From Balanoglossus misakiensis (taxonomy: Eukaryota > Animalia > Hemichordata): DNA of 64,000 nucleotides. The position numbers and the translations under genes are program-made. This document shows positions 1-14,500 of the stretch, in pieces. The stretch is from positions 8,919,483 to 8,983,482 of the forward strand of contig CM082582.2 of NCBI GenBank assembly GCA_040954595.2, written 5' to 3'. Numbering within the stretch: the stretch's first letter is position 1; every line of letters begins with the position of its first letter. The notes beneath the pieces were generated by a model, which had not been told where the DNA came from, did not search any database, and worked only from the letters and a program-made list of their open reading frames with translations.

Positions 1-2514
1 TTTGTTTGACTTTCCAGGAAATTACTTTGAAGTATGTGAAGTGCCTCAGTGAAATTGACATTTGTGTGTACTGTATATGATGTTGTATTTAGCTGATATA
101 TAGTCTTATGGGTGTTGCCTGCGCATTCACTTATCTGTCATCTTTAGTCACAATTTGTATTTGGAACATTATTGGAGGCATATTTGTTCGTTTTTGGTTG
201 AAAAAAACACTGTGATTCTATATTCTAACAACAACTTTGCGATGTAAATGGTTTGCATTAGTATAATCCATGATGCCCCTGTACAAGATGGCCGCCACTG
301 CATTACTTAAGCAGGTATATGCATTTGCTGTTGCTATGGGATGCTTTCCACCAATTGAAGAACTGACAGATGAACCAATCAATGTATACTACGCACGAAG
401 ACACATGTTGAAATGTTTTATCTTGATTTAGTTCTATAGTGCAATATCTTGACTTTATAGGCTGATATTGAATTTTTCTGTCATGAGTGCATTGAATTGT
501 ACGTAGTACACCACTAGTGGATTTTTACCCTGTTAGCAGCAAGAATAGGGTAGATGTTTGTACATTAATCCCATCTGTTTAATGAGGCTGGTGTGGTTCA
601 AATTTTCTATGGGGTGAAAGGGTTAAATGGCAATTGGCCAACATTGATGAAATGTATATATGTGCTGTTTTTATTCTGTCAGATCTATAGATTCTCAGTT
701 GAGTTGCAAACATGTGATTTGAACACATTGGATTATTTATTACATACTGTGTATATCATCCCTCAATAGTGTTTTGTTTGCAAGGTCCTTAATAAAGAAT
801 ATTTATACCTAAACAATGTATATGTTCAAATATTAATTTAAAAAATAGTAATAAAATTGGTTATTTTGCTGAAGTCGTTAATCGTGTGTATGTTGTGTTG
901 TTCAAGATACTGTCAGAGACAAAGGGGGTGGATGGGGACTATACAGGGAATATTAAAATTGGAATTTATTTATCTATCTATCTATCTTTGGCATAAGACT
1001 GACCTAACAAGCCTATTATAAACACAGACAATGAAATATCTTTGTCGTGACAAAACCGCATACTTCAGATCTGCAGATAACCGGATCTAGAGCTCACGAC
1101 TGTTTGGTTGTCGCACCCCCGGGTCTGTGACAACTTTACATTCGTATGAACAGAGAATAGATGCGGATGATATGTAACTCACAGACGGTAGAGATAACAC
1201 TGAAACATGGATACACGAGTATTTCTGATTGAAATAAAGGATCGATGCTCTTCGTATAACCGTATGTGTTTATTCATGCGTCTGCCAGGTGTGGTCATTG
1301 TCACAACAAATGAAGCACTCGTCCAATATTGATACCCTCACGACAAGAAATGTTCCGGTTTCGGGTGACTTAAGAGTCCAATATGCACAAACCAATATTA
1401 AAATAATCAAAATAATGGGAACGACTTTGCCCCTTTAAACAAAATAGAAAACTGGCTTTCCACGTTTATAACGTCCTGGCATAAAATTGGCAACCAAGAC
1501 AACAGTATTTTGCATAGTGTGTATTTCGTTGTTACCAGCCTGCGCACTTACTCAGAAGTCGACATACATATTGGATGACTTGGTCATCCGGGTAAAGGTG
1601 GGGATGGCACGGTCTGCTCTGGTTAATAGTTAAACGGTGACATCTTTGAGCAATGACAAAGCGGGTTATTTTCCATCATAATATTCATGGTATGCAAACG
1701 GTGTACATGTAACTCCCATTTGTATAGAAGTTGGTCACTTTAAAAATCAGACGTGCATTTGCAATGCGTCGAATCGCCAAACTTGACTGCAATAATTCGC
1801 ATGGCAATAAATTAAAAATCGCCGCATTTTCGTCAAACGACGTTCCTCGGTCGACTCGTCCTAACCAAAGTTAATCAGCAACAGACAACTTATACAGATA
1901 ACAGACTGTCCGATACAGCGTTAATGATTAAAGTTGTCACTTCTGGTGGAGTCGATCGCACGTAATGTCGTCACATCTCTCAAGGCATTTCTTATGTAAA
2001 ATACAAGAAGTATGAGACTACTTTGAAAGACACCGGGCCTGGATTTCTACTTTCTATCACAGCGGTCGACGATCGCCTCGGAAAGTTGTCGGCGAAGACA
2101 GGGAGAAGCTAGAAGTGCGACGATAAGAGGTAAGTGGCTTTGTCGGACAGTTCAATGTTCCGGGTTCTTCACCGGTCACGACGTCATTTCCAAACTGGCA
2201 TACTTCTGTCAGGACAAGACAGTGGTCCGAAGTTGACCATGGTGCGATATGACGATCGTGTACCGATGGACACCTGTTGATGGCATTTGCTCCTGTCAAA
2301 TTTCACACACGCGAAGACACGAAATCGCGCATACCTTTACCAATGGAAAAATAAAACAATTCTTGTTGTTCTGTCGGCAGGCTAATAAATTCATCGGAGG
2401 ACTAATCACCGAGGAATTGTCCTCTATATACAGAGGCTGAGAGGCCCAAACATCGAGACAGCAACAGAAGTCTTATCGCACAATTGAAGAGATCTTCACT
2501 TCAAAATAACCACA

Positions 2515-5500
2515 ATGGGTATCACGACGGGACAGTTTCGATGGCTCATGTGGAAAAACTTTATTTTACAGGTAAATGCGTTTTGTAGTTTGAATATCCA
2601 GAAATAAGCGTCAGAATCAGAATCTAGTACTTGATTTTTATCTACTCATTAACCGCATATCTTCAGCATTAAACATAACATAACCACTGCTTCGCCTACT
2701 AGTAAAATTAGTCTCGATCACCTGAATCACCCAATGGGCCAAAAATGGGTAATCTGAATGTGGGAAATCGTGAAAATCCAAAAGAGGATCTTGGCGTGAC
2801 CCTGTTCCCAAGGTGATGTCATGTTATCATGACGTAGAGGTTGACGAACTTAGAGTCTATTAAGAAAGGTCGTGCGACCGATGCACTCGAAATACACGTA
2901 TACGTTGCCAGTATGTACAGACTACGTCACATGGACTTTGGTCTCACCTGTTTCAAATGTCAGCAGATTAGCTGTATTTTTGAAACAAACGGAAAACAAA
3001 TATAGAATGGTCGAAATACATTTGGCATCTATTAACTTAAGTACCTATCCGGAAAGTGTCCGTCTCTTTCGATTTGTCACACTTTATATCGCTAAAATTG
3101 TAATTTGGAGCTGGTGTCAGCCAGATTGTCTTGTGAATAAAAGTCGCACCTCTGAAATGCACTGTAGTGTTATCTTTGTCCCATCGTACGGTGTTATTGC
3201 ACATCAGCAATACGTATCATGTATGCATCACATAAACTGAGATGAAAATTCCCTCGTCTTCTCTGACAGATTCGCCGCCCTATTGGTACAGCGTTTGAAA
3301 TTCTCGTTCCGCTCGTCTTGACGGCGCTGCTTGTCGTTGCCAGGTAAGTCACATGACTTAGAAATAACTTGTAGGATGTAGAGAATCGTCCAAAACACTG
3401 TAGTTGTTTTTTGCAAAGATGAATTTATGGCCAATCTCCTTAAAGTGAAAGCAAGACATGCCTTGGATTTTGGACAAAAACTGTTCAATTGCATGAGGCA
3501 TGAATCACTAAAATAATAATCGTTTGATATGTTTCTGCAAATGTCATATCTGTATCCATGACGACTTGGCGAAGCATGTGTCCTTTAACTGACCTCCGAC
3601 ACTTGCCGCTCTATCTAAATTGTCGTCTGTATCTTTTACCAGGGTCGGTCTTGAAGTGACTTTTGACCGGGATATGTGTTTTGGTAAGTCAAAATGTGAA
3701 TAAATACACTCTCTATGCAATGTCAATTAAGTCAGAGCGTTTTAACTGTACGAAGGGCGAACATGATAATTATAGATGTATTGGGGGATTTGGAGTTCGT
3801 AAAGTACAGTGGCGTGTTTTGTTTAAACTTTGGGAGCGGTGTGATCTGGACTTCGAACTCCTACTGTGTTGAGGGTATCTGAACCCTCGATCTGTCGACA
3901 TGTTTCACAATATACACGCACATCACCTGATCTGTCACACTTATAGCTGGCTGACTCACTACATTAGGCAGTGCCGGCACGAGGAGGGCGCCAGTCTACA
4001 GTTGTAGCGCCGCCTCTGCGATTGGCCAAACTCAAAAATGAACTGTAAAATTACAGGCCAATTTCAATCGACAAAGCACGTTGAGCTTGTGGTGGAACCC
4101 TAATGCAAAAAGAGAAACTCCTATATGCCATTTAGATAACGCCAGTATCGTTTAAACATGGCACATGAAGCGAAATAACACACACGCACCGATTTTACTT
4201 TACTTCAGTCACTCACCAACCAACCACGTGGAGAACCGGGGACGGTTTCCAAGATTTGCCTATATCTTTACCGGCGCCGCCACCAGTGCCATCGGCCCTG
4301 CCCTTCACGCTACCCAGCGGCCGTCCGGACATACCCCTGGACCAAATTTACTGTAACCTGACGAACAACTGCGGCGAACTGGCATGGTACCCACAGACGG
4401 ACCTAAGTAAGTTCAGTATATGTAGCCGACAGTTGCATTGTTAACAAGATTTTGTTCATGTGTGTCACTCGCACAGACTATACACATACATGTATATGCT
4501 TTCACTTGACGCTCGCCACCCTTCAACAAATGCGCAATTTAGTGAAGGTTGACCAGAATAACAAAGACTGTAAATGGGGTCGAACTTTCCTGGCAAAATC
4601 GCAATTAAAAATGCCTGCCATTTCTCCCCCTCCCCCATAGCAAATCGCCTGATGGTAGATGTGGCACGGACAATGCAGTTGTCGTTGACGGAGATAGAAT
4701 TCGACTCGGAAGACCACATGGTACAAATCGTCTCAGAAGACTATGACAAGTATTACGCAGGTGTGTGGAACTATAGCGGTTTCTATATTTCTTCGTGTTA
4801 CTCACTAAGGGAGATTTCAGATAACATAAAGAAGAGATGGTATATGGTCGGGTCTGATCACTATACGTTTTCCTCAACAGCGATCGTATTCGATTTTAAC
4901 GCCGACGGCAGTGCACTACCGCTATTCACGCCTTACCGAATACGAATTTCGTCCGAACTGTCTGCTTGGTTCACGGGTCTCACCTATCCCTACTATATAC
5001 TAACAATTCCGTTTGAGTACAAGTGAGTATACTCTGTAACGTTTTCACATGATTTGATCAAATGAACTGCAATATCAAGCGATTCTGATCCATGCTTTAT
5101 AGCATTTTTTTCAGCTACATGCCTTAAATACAAATCCGTTCATCACATTTTTTTAAATCAACAGTGCATACGACGACCGATTTCTTGAACTGGAGCACGC
5201 CGTCGACTTCACGATAATGTCATTTCAGAGCGAAGAACACGGCACATCCGAGAGGATGATGGGAATACGTCGAGAGGTTCAGGTAACCAAAACGTTTCCA
5301 CTCGTAAAACTGTTTCATTCTAAACATAAACTATGATTTTGTTATTAAATTAATCGTTTGGTGTGTTTTTTCTCCCAGAGATTTCCATATCCGGAGTGGA
5401 GGGTGGAGACGTTCCTCTCAACAATGCAGTTCTTGATGCCTATAATTATGTGTTTGTCACTTATTTACTCCGCTGGATCAATCACCAAGGTAACGGGGGC

Positions 5501-8500
5501 TAAATATTAGAGGTTTAAGGCTCAATATAGACCCTTTCATATATTTTATAAGTTGACCTTATGCTACAGTATATCACACCAATGAATTGGCAGACTGACC
5601 ATAATTGTCTATGGACTGACCCATAAGTCTTACGCCAACACGCCAACTAGGACCTGGTCAGTTGCGATCAGTCATTGCAGGGTGCAATGACCATAGCGAG
5701 TAACGTCTCAGAGTATTCTTGGAGTACACTGACAATTGCTTGCATGTATTACCATGGTAACTGTAGGAATTGGTCATCGAGAAAGAAACCAAATTGAAAG
5801 AGAGTATGAAGATGATGGGATTATCCAATTGGTTGCACTGGGTGGCGTGGTTCACCAAGTGCTTCTTGTTTCTCATGGTGGCTGGCTTCATCATGTCAAT
5901 CTTCTTAAAAGTGAGTACTAGGCATGAAAGCGTGTCTTGTATCGTAACGTTGTAAACGGCGCTTTGGGTGAGGAATCATGAGTTCGATCACCGCAGCCAA
6001 AAAAACGAGTCTGTTGCTTGGAAGATGGCAAATATTGAGTTCCTAGTTTGTTGTACTTCACCATGTATGACCAGGCTGATAACCAAGTTTTCCCATACAC
6101 CACAGGGCGGCGAAGTGTTCCGGTACAGCGACTACGGTTGCACTCTGCTTCTCCTGACGCTGTGGATCATGGCCGGCATAATGTGGAATTTCGCCGTCAG
6201 CGTTCTCTTCTCCAAAGCCAAGATTGCCATGGTCGCCGCCGTCATTCTGTGGTACCTCAACTACGTCTGCGTCGAGTTCCTGCTCCTGAATTACTTTGGC
6301 ATTCCAACGTAAGTCGAAAGGAGAGTTGCTGTAAATTTTGACAATTTTCTCAGAAACATTTACAAAGAAATGTGATTTTTAAGTTTCGATTATCAGAGAT
6401 AGTCTTCAGTGATGTAATCGATCCTATTTCCTCCCTCACCCCCGGCCCAATGCAGGGGAGAAAAGGTAGCGGCGTGCCTGCTCCACAACACCTGTCTTGG
6501 CATAGCCATACAAACAATCTCACGACTGGAGAGCTTCCACGTCGGCATGAGATGGGACACCCTGACTGTCTCCCCCGCGGAGGGATACGACGTGCCGATT
6601 GCGGCTGTGTACGTCATGTTCTTTGTCGACTGCATCGTGTACGGTCTCATCGCATGGTAAGATTGGACAAGTTTTGCAGTGTCTTGTTTCTGGAACTGGC
6701 CAGTTTCTCGTCTAGAAGGTCAATGTGCACACATATTTTGATGAACAAATAAAGGTTGCCAACTCATTTCTGGTAATTTCTGTTTAAAACCCATTTAGCG
6801 ACAAACACATTTGGATTGTAATAAGTAACAGATTGTCACGTGACCCGCGTCCTTTCCTTTACCCATCTCCAACTCTTTTCAAGGTATATCGAGGCGGTAT
6901 TTCCTGGCGAGTATGGCATCCCAAAGCCGTTCTACTTCCCCCTCCAGAAGTCCTATTGGTTCGGCCCTAGCCCCAAAGACGTCACACCTCCACAGTCAGT
7001 TGACGAGGTATACAACACTAGCCAAAATCTCACCATTTCAAACACACACACACTCTTTTTTCATGTGGGTGGCTTTGCAGGTACATTGAGGCAATATTTC
7101 CCGGCGACTTCGGTATACCGAAGCCGGTCTACTTCCCCTTTACGAAGTCTTACTGGTGCGGCCCAAGCGCCAAAAGCGACAATTCCGTCTCCCCTGAAAC
7201 AAAAGAGGTCAGGCTTGATTTATATTTGCATATGCAGTGATTTGTGTGGTGTGATAAAATTCCATCAAGCGATCATTAATTACACCAGTTACATTCTTCT
7301 TATCACGTAAATTTCCCTCCAGTAATCCAAGATTGTTGATTGAGTTATCAAGTATATGTTAATTATTGGCGTGTAGTTTACGTTTCTATGTTCTGTTTGT
7401 GAACACTTGCAGGCAGAAATGGATAGCGGAGAGGATGATGGGAACCACGAACCCGATCCACCCGGGATGAAGGCTGGAATAAAAATCCACAATCTACGGA
7501 AGGTCTATCAGGTAAAGTTAGAAATCTCCGCAGGCTAATGGTTTATACCGTGATGAAGGCGTTGCATGTGCACGTATGATTGTGTTGCAGGTGAAATAGT
7601 AACATTCAGATTCTCGACTTTGGCTGGAGAACCGATTGAGTACATGCACAGAATGCTTGACAACCATCGGCTGTTTTCTTCTGTTTTCAGAGTTCAGTGG
7701 GGACCAAAGTGGCTGTCGACAATCTGTCGCTCAACATGTACGAGAACCAGATCACATCCCTGCTTGGTCACAACGGAGCCGGCAAAACGACGACGATGTC
7801 TATCCTCACCGGTCTCTTCCCTCCCACGGCCGGCACCGCCTACGTCAACGACTTCAACATATCGACGGAGATGGACAGCATTCGCCAGAGTCTGGGACTC
7901 TGTCCGCAGCACAACATTCTCTTCGATCGGCTGACGGTGAAGGAACATTTGAACTTCTTCCTCGGATTGAAGGTAGGATCAATGAACTTGGACTGAGTAC
8001 AAAGTCGTTCTTTTCGACAAGAATTTAGAGAAACACATTGAATTTCATTTAACCAAACGACTAGCTGACGATGAGAAATCTACTTGCCTCTCAGGGAATT
8101 GTGGGAGACGAGGCTGAAGCGGCCACTACTGAAATGATCAAGGATCTCAAACTGCTCGACAAAACCGATTATCAGAGCAGTGAATTATCAGGCGGTATGA
8201 TGAGAAAGCTGAGGTAAGATTCGAAGATTTGTGGCACACTTTTCATGTGTGGAAGAGTAGCAACACGTGATCATAATTTTCTTACTTGCATGTATGCTTT
8301 TAACGTGGTACATGTATATTATTGAGCTTTCACGGAAGAAATCCAATCACCATCATTGACGAATCTCGTTTCTTCAGTGTTGGCATCGCTCTGATTGGAC
8401 AGCCGAAGGTGGTCTTGCTGGACGAACCAACTTCAGGTATGGACCCGTACGCAAGGAGGTCCACGTGGGACTTGTTGTTGAAACACAAGGCCGGGAAAAC

Positions 8501-11500
8501 CTTCATTCTCACGACACATTCAATGTAAGTGGTCGAACTGCAGACTTTTTAAACCAGTGTTTTATACTCTTTATGTAATGGATGCATGGGTGGATGGATG
8601 GATAACGAATGAACGTATATTCTCTATTCTCATTTCACCCCACCTCCATTACTCTAATCCCGCTCCTCGATACACCTTTCAGGGACGAAGCAGATTTACT
8701 GGGGGATCGAATCGCCATCATGGCTAGAGGTAACCTCATCTGTAGCGGATCTTCGCTCTTCCTGAAAAACAAGTAAGCATCCCTGCCTTTAAGGAAACAT
8801 TACAAACAATTTTTGCGAGGCATCACGTTGGTAAAAGAGTACGTCGTCTGTTTTGATTGCATCAAGGATGTATAAGCTTGGCATCACAGAGTTACAGATG
8901 TTTCTGCACTGTTTTCTCAAATATTTACAAGAACGTGGTGTATCTTTGCTTTTCTTCAAGATACGGCATTGGCTACCACCTCGTTCTGGTCAAGGAACCC
9001 GGCTGTAACGTTGGAGAAGTGGACAACCGTATACATTCGTTCGTGCCAAATGCCGAACTGACCACCGAGTCCGGCGCCGAGCTGTCGTACGTGTTACCCA
9101 GGGAAGACACGGCTGTGTTTACGGCTATGTGCAAACATCTGGAAGGTATGGTGAACTGGTGCAAGAATTATTTCAGTGCTGTTACTAGATCAAAACGTCC
9201 ATGTATGAATATGATGTAGCCTCTTGTGCTTCCGTTCATTCAAGTAAATAGTGGTGTTAGTTGAGAATGATTCAGAATGACGATGGGCGATTTCCTTCGT
9301 CTTGAAAAAGATAATAACATTATTTTTGTCTAGGCCACTGAAACGACAGTCTGATTCGTACTTTGGCCAATTCTATAGAATTTGAACCTCTGGCTAGGCT
9401 ACACGTAAACGCTGTGTTAAATAACTTTTCGGTCGAAATAACATTTTCCCCACTACATGCATGCAGACAATCGCGGAGATCTTGGCATCGCCAGTTTTGG
9501 TATCTCCGTGACCACCATGGAAGAGGTGTTTCTTAAAGTTGACCAGATGGTGGAGGAGGAGGCGGGCGACGAGGACTCTCTTCTGGAGATGAACCGCGGC
9601 GAGGACAACATCGCTATGAACGGTAAAACTGTTTCCAATGGACGTAGCAAGGAGAGTGAGGAGAGGGCGTACGCAGAAAACGGCGAGAGTTCGTACGCGA
9701 AGAAGGGTGCCCTCCCCGATGTGATCGCAGCGGACCAAGACCAGAATGGCGACATCGACCACACCTCCAGCATGGCCAACATACTCCGCAAGGACAAGAC
9801 GGAAGTCAACATCGATCACAATGCCTACGAGCAAGCGGGTGAGTAGATTCTGGCACTGAAGATTATTTTTTATCATCATCATCATCATCATCATAATCAC
9901 CACCATCACCACCACCACCACCACCACCACCACCACCATAATCATCACCACTGTCGTAGTTTCCAAACACGTTAATGCTGCTTCTATCAGCTCACATATC
10001 TTAAGCATATATCCACTTCTGTTTACCAACGACAGGCATTTTGACGGGCGCAACTCTCAAACTGTTACAATTCAAAGCCATCTTTGTCAAGAGACTGCTG
10101 CACAGCAAACGTGACAAGAAGGCGATCATCACTCAGCTCATCGTACCCCTCATCTTCGTCCTCTTCGGACTCCTGCTGTTGGTTCTGGCGCCGGCCTTCG
10201 GGGATGACGAGCCCAGGACCCTGACGATGCACAACATCAGCAAAGAGAACGACAAGGCTTTCACTTACGCCGCTGACTTGAGGTTGGGTTCAGATGATAG
10301 GGATATTCTTCAGGTATTTAAAAATCAACCTTTTTTCCATGCGACGATTGAGTCAAAGATTATATCTTATATGACACCAGTGGTCCCGAATAATGAAACT
10401 TTGTAAATCGTTACGGCTAAAAAGGAGAGCACACCACCACTGGTGCCAGGACAACTTACACATTTCAAAGTACGGCTATTTCCAAGTATTTCAAGATGAG
10501 ATGCGGACAATTAGCTCAAATCTTCCCTTGTATAATTATTTTCTAGTATCTGCCAGATGTGCTCAGTGAACAAGGTCTGTCGATGCGTGACATCACACAG
10601 GAATCGCTGGATTTGCGAGAAGAAAACAGCGGTCGTCTGCTGAACGGCGAAAACATCACCGACAAGTCTGACTGCTGTCACTACAAATACCAGATCTTGA
10701 ACAAAAACTGCTCGGAGGAGGTGAGTTATATGTGAACCCTTGAAGGCGTTGTTACAGAAAGAAAGAAAGTCGTGTGCATGCGCTGATCATCAGTTCATAA
10801 ACTTGACCTTTGAATAATTTCAGATACACGACTCTGCTGTTGAAGACAAGAATATGTGTTCGGAAGACCCAGATTTTGCTTATTACAATTGTCCATATTG
10901 CGTGACCAACACAGGGTTAGTATGAAACAGTCGTGTCTCTTCCGCTACTTTCAATTTTACAAGCCTTATGTCAGAAATGTGACATTAGATTAGATGTGTG
11001 GTCGAATTTCTTTTACATGGGATAGGGAAAGTGTATGTACGTAGTCCGTCTGGTTGTTCACAGGTACTATAGCCGCAGTTATAACGACACTTGTCCCGTT
11101 GGTTCTGATGTAAACATAATCGAATACATGAACACCTACTACGAGGAATACATCTTGAGGGAAAGTTCCGTTGGCAGCTACTTCAATGACCTCGTCGCCG
11201 GGGTCACCATGGTCGAAGATAGGAACAACACAAATACCACGTTGCTTATGGTGTGGTATAGTAACCAGGTAAATTCCAGTGGACTGCTCGTTTCTTTATC
11301 AGGTTTATCCCAAGGACTAAAATGATGGGCAGCAATGTAGATGGAGAGAGTCACACACGTTCGGATGATCATGTTTGAAAAAAGACATGACCACGGAAGC
11401 CTATATATGTGAATTCAGATGTTTTAAAAAGACCCAATAAGGTCAAGTTCGGGTCGCATATTGTTATAACCAATGATCTGTAAAGAACTACACCTTGTTC

Positions 11501-14500
11501 TCTTTCCGCAGCCTATGCACGCCAATGCCGAGGCACTCGCAGTTGTGGACAACTCCCTCTTGAAATACGCCACAAACGACAGTTACAATTTACTTGTCAC
11601 CAACCACCCCTTGCCGGGGTCAACTGTGGACCAGGTGGGTTCGCCAAAACATGCTTATGCTTCAGTATCACCATAATTCATTCCAGGTTAAGTATTCTTC
11701 ACACCATCCTTACTCGTTTGGATCGAGTTTAAACTCAGTGTGTTTCTTGATCCGATTACTTGACAGGTGGAAGACGAAACCCAACAGTCACTCATCCTTG
11801 CCATCTGCGCCGTCTTCGGTTTGGGATTTCTCTCCGCCAGCTTCGCGCCGTTTTTGATACACGAAAAAGCCAGCAAGGTAAAGTAGTCAATCAAACGTGA
11901 TGTCATGGAAACGTCACTACTGCACGACTTGGAGTGAAACTGTAATGCTCAGTGGTTTTTTGGATTAATTTAAGCATGATTTATCTTGATGAAAAAGCTA
12001 CATATCCCCATCATCATTACCCTGGCTCCTGGACTCATACCCCTCTTCTTCATCTCCCAATTTCCAGTCGAAACTGCTTCAGTTCGTCAGTGGGCTGGAC
12101 CCTCTAAGTTACTGGCTAGGCACCCTCGTCTGGGACGCCATCAACTACGGCGTCGTTCTTGTTCTCCTGGTGTTCCTGTTCGGCATCTTCCCAACCGCGT
12201 ACGGTCCGCCGAACCTATGGGTGACCACTCTATTACTTGTAAGTACGCGTGTGCTGATAGGCTGTCTGTAAAACTTGGTCCAGTGCTTCTAGACGCGTGT
12301 AGCAATGTTGACTGTTCAATCAGAAGCAACTTTAAAACGGCCATTTGTTCCCCTTGCTGCAGGTTCTGTACGGCTGGGCATCAATACCCATGGTGTACTC
12401 GCTATCATGGCCGTTCGAGTCACCGCTGGCGGGATACGGACTTATTGCTCTGCTATTGGCCATGGGATCTATGGTGAGTGACGTCATCGCGATAAACAGG
12501 CATGTTTCATTAAGGTTTTGACACTGGGACAAACAATCTTTAACCATTTCTTTCCATTTTGGTCTTTTCAGTGCACACTCATCGTGGTCTTCATTCTGGA
12601 AATGTTGGATCACACAAAGCAAGCGGCCGTCATATGTGACTACATCTTCATGCTCTTGCCAACTCACTGTCTGGGACGTGCTCTCGTATTCATGGCGCAA
12701 AACGTCGCCTCTATAGAGCAATGTACCGTGTCGGAAGTGTATGTATATTCATTATGATGTCGTGTCGTGCATTTTCACAACCCGCCATTCTCAGTCACCC
12801 CTTTGAAAGATTTCTTTATACGCCCATGCCATCAAGTTCCCTGTCCACAGTACTGTTTACTGAGTGACCATGGTGATACTGAGACTATTCGTATTTTCCT
12901 CTCACTCAGTGATCGCCAGTTGTGTGAAAGTTCTGGAATAGAATATAATGAGAACCTGTTGGCTTGGGAGTTTCCAGGTGTTGGACAGCATTGCCTCTAC
13001 ATGGCGCTAGAGGGCTTGTTTTGGTTGGTGTTGACGCTGCTCTTGGAGGTATTTACGTGCTTTATCTACCAGTTTCTGAGTAGATGACCGTGCACATGCG
13101 TATTAAAGCCGGCAAAGGATTGGGTGTTTAATGTTATCCCCTTCACATGTGTTGATATAATCATATACTGATAATTGTTTCAAATCTTAAATGATAAATT
13201 ACTTTGGCGTCTGTTAAAAGAACTTGACTGTCTGTTTTATACAGGTTAATTTCTTCGTCCCCTCAAGATCGCCGAAGTATCTTCCTTCTGCTAACCACGA
13301 GGACGAGGTGAGATGAACTATTTTATTTCTGCACACAAACAACGCAAGTCAGTATGCATCACTCATATGGAATGAAATCGTGTTCGGAAAAACAAAATGT
13401 GCATCACCATTCCTTTTACTGTGTCATCGTGACTGAATTCGTCTTCTTTTCTCTTGATCTCAAGGACGGAGATGTTGCTCAAGAGAGACAAAAGGTCAAC
13501 GCCTTGTTGACGCCCGAATCCAGCGGTCAAGCAGTGGTGCTGACCAATCTGACCAAGGTCTACAGCGGTGTGTTGGATGATTGCCGAAAGGTGACGAGGG
13601 ACCCAGCCGTGGACCACCTCTCTCTGACCATACCCAAGGGAGAGTGTTTCGGCCTTCTTGGAATTAACGGTAACAGTGTGGTTTTCGTCCCCATTTATGT
13701 GGCAAAATGATACTTAGGTTCATCTTAGAATGCCAACTCTGATTGCGTTTTTCTGTAGCCGTACCGGGCTGTGATTCTCTGTACAGCGAGACATGGACCG
13801 AAAATCAACAACGTGTCGTTGTTCTATATATAAAGGCACTCCAGATTGTCCGATGTTGACTTGATGTCTATTTGTTGGTCACTCGATCGTGCATTTACAG
13901 GTGCTGGAAAGACAAGTACATTCCGTATGATGACGGGAGATCTAAGCATCTCTGCAGGTACAGCGTATATGGATGGATACAACATCCAAACAGAAAGGAG
14001 AGAGGTATGTTTCACTGATAAATGTGTATGTCTGCGTGTGTGTGGGGGGGGGGTGTGCATATGAGTATATGGATGTGTAAATAGCAAGACTCTTATTCGT
14101 ATCAACATTGGATATACCTGACCTAAAATTTTAAACGCAATTTTATTGCAGGTTCAACAACGAATTGGATACTGTCCTCAAGTGAGTACAAATGTCTTTG
14201 GATGCGCAGTAGTCAGAATGTTTTCAACATGTAATACTTCTCAAAAAAAAAGTGGTAGATATCCGGGGTGCTTCGGCCAATAGAGTTGAATATAGGCACC
14301 GTCTTTTGACCTCAGTCATCACGCAATTGTGGGCGACTATTAATGGCCGTTGAATGTCATCTTTGCCTTCGTATTTCACCTTCTTTAGCTTTTCATTTCT
14401 TTGTAATGATGAGCGATTTCGTCTCTATTTATAAACCAGTTTGATGCCCTCGTGGAAAATCTGACGGGGCGTGAGTTGCTGCGTATGTACGCCCGTCTGC

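Noticed and set aside
1-860. AT-rich stretch with AATAAA near 791 and 850
   Set aside because: Plausibly the 3' UTR of a gene outside the window, but nothing identifies it.
5955-6000. GTTCGATC B-box-like sequence suggesting a tRNA
   Set aside because: No cloverleaf or acceptor stem can be built; at most a decayed tRNA-derived SINE fragment.
9394-10053. 219-aa minus-strand ORF
   Set aside because: Antisense shadow of an ABCA exon plus an intronic triplet repeat.
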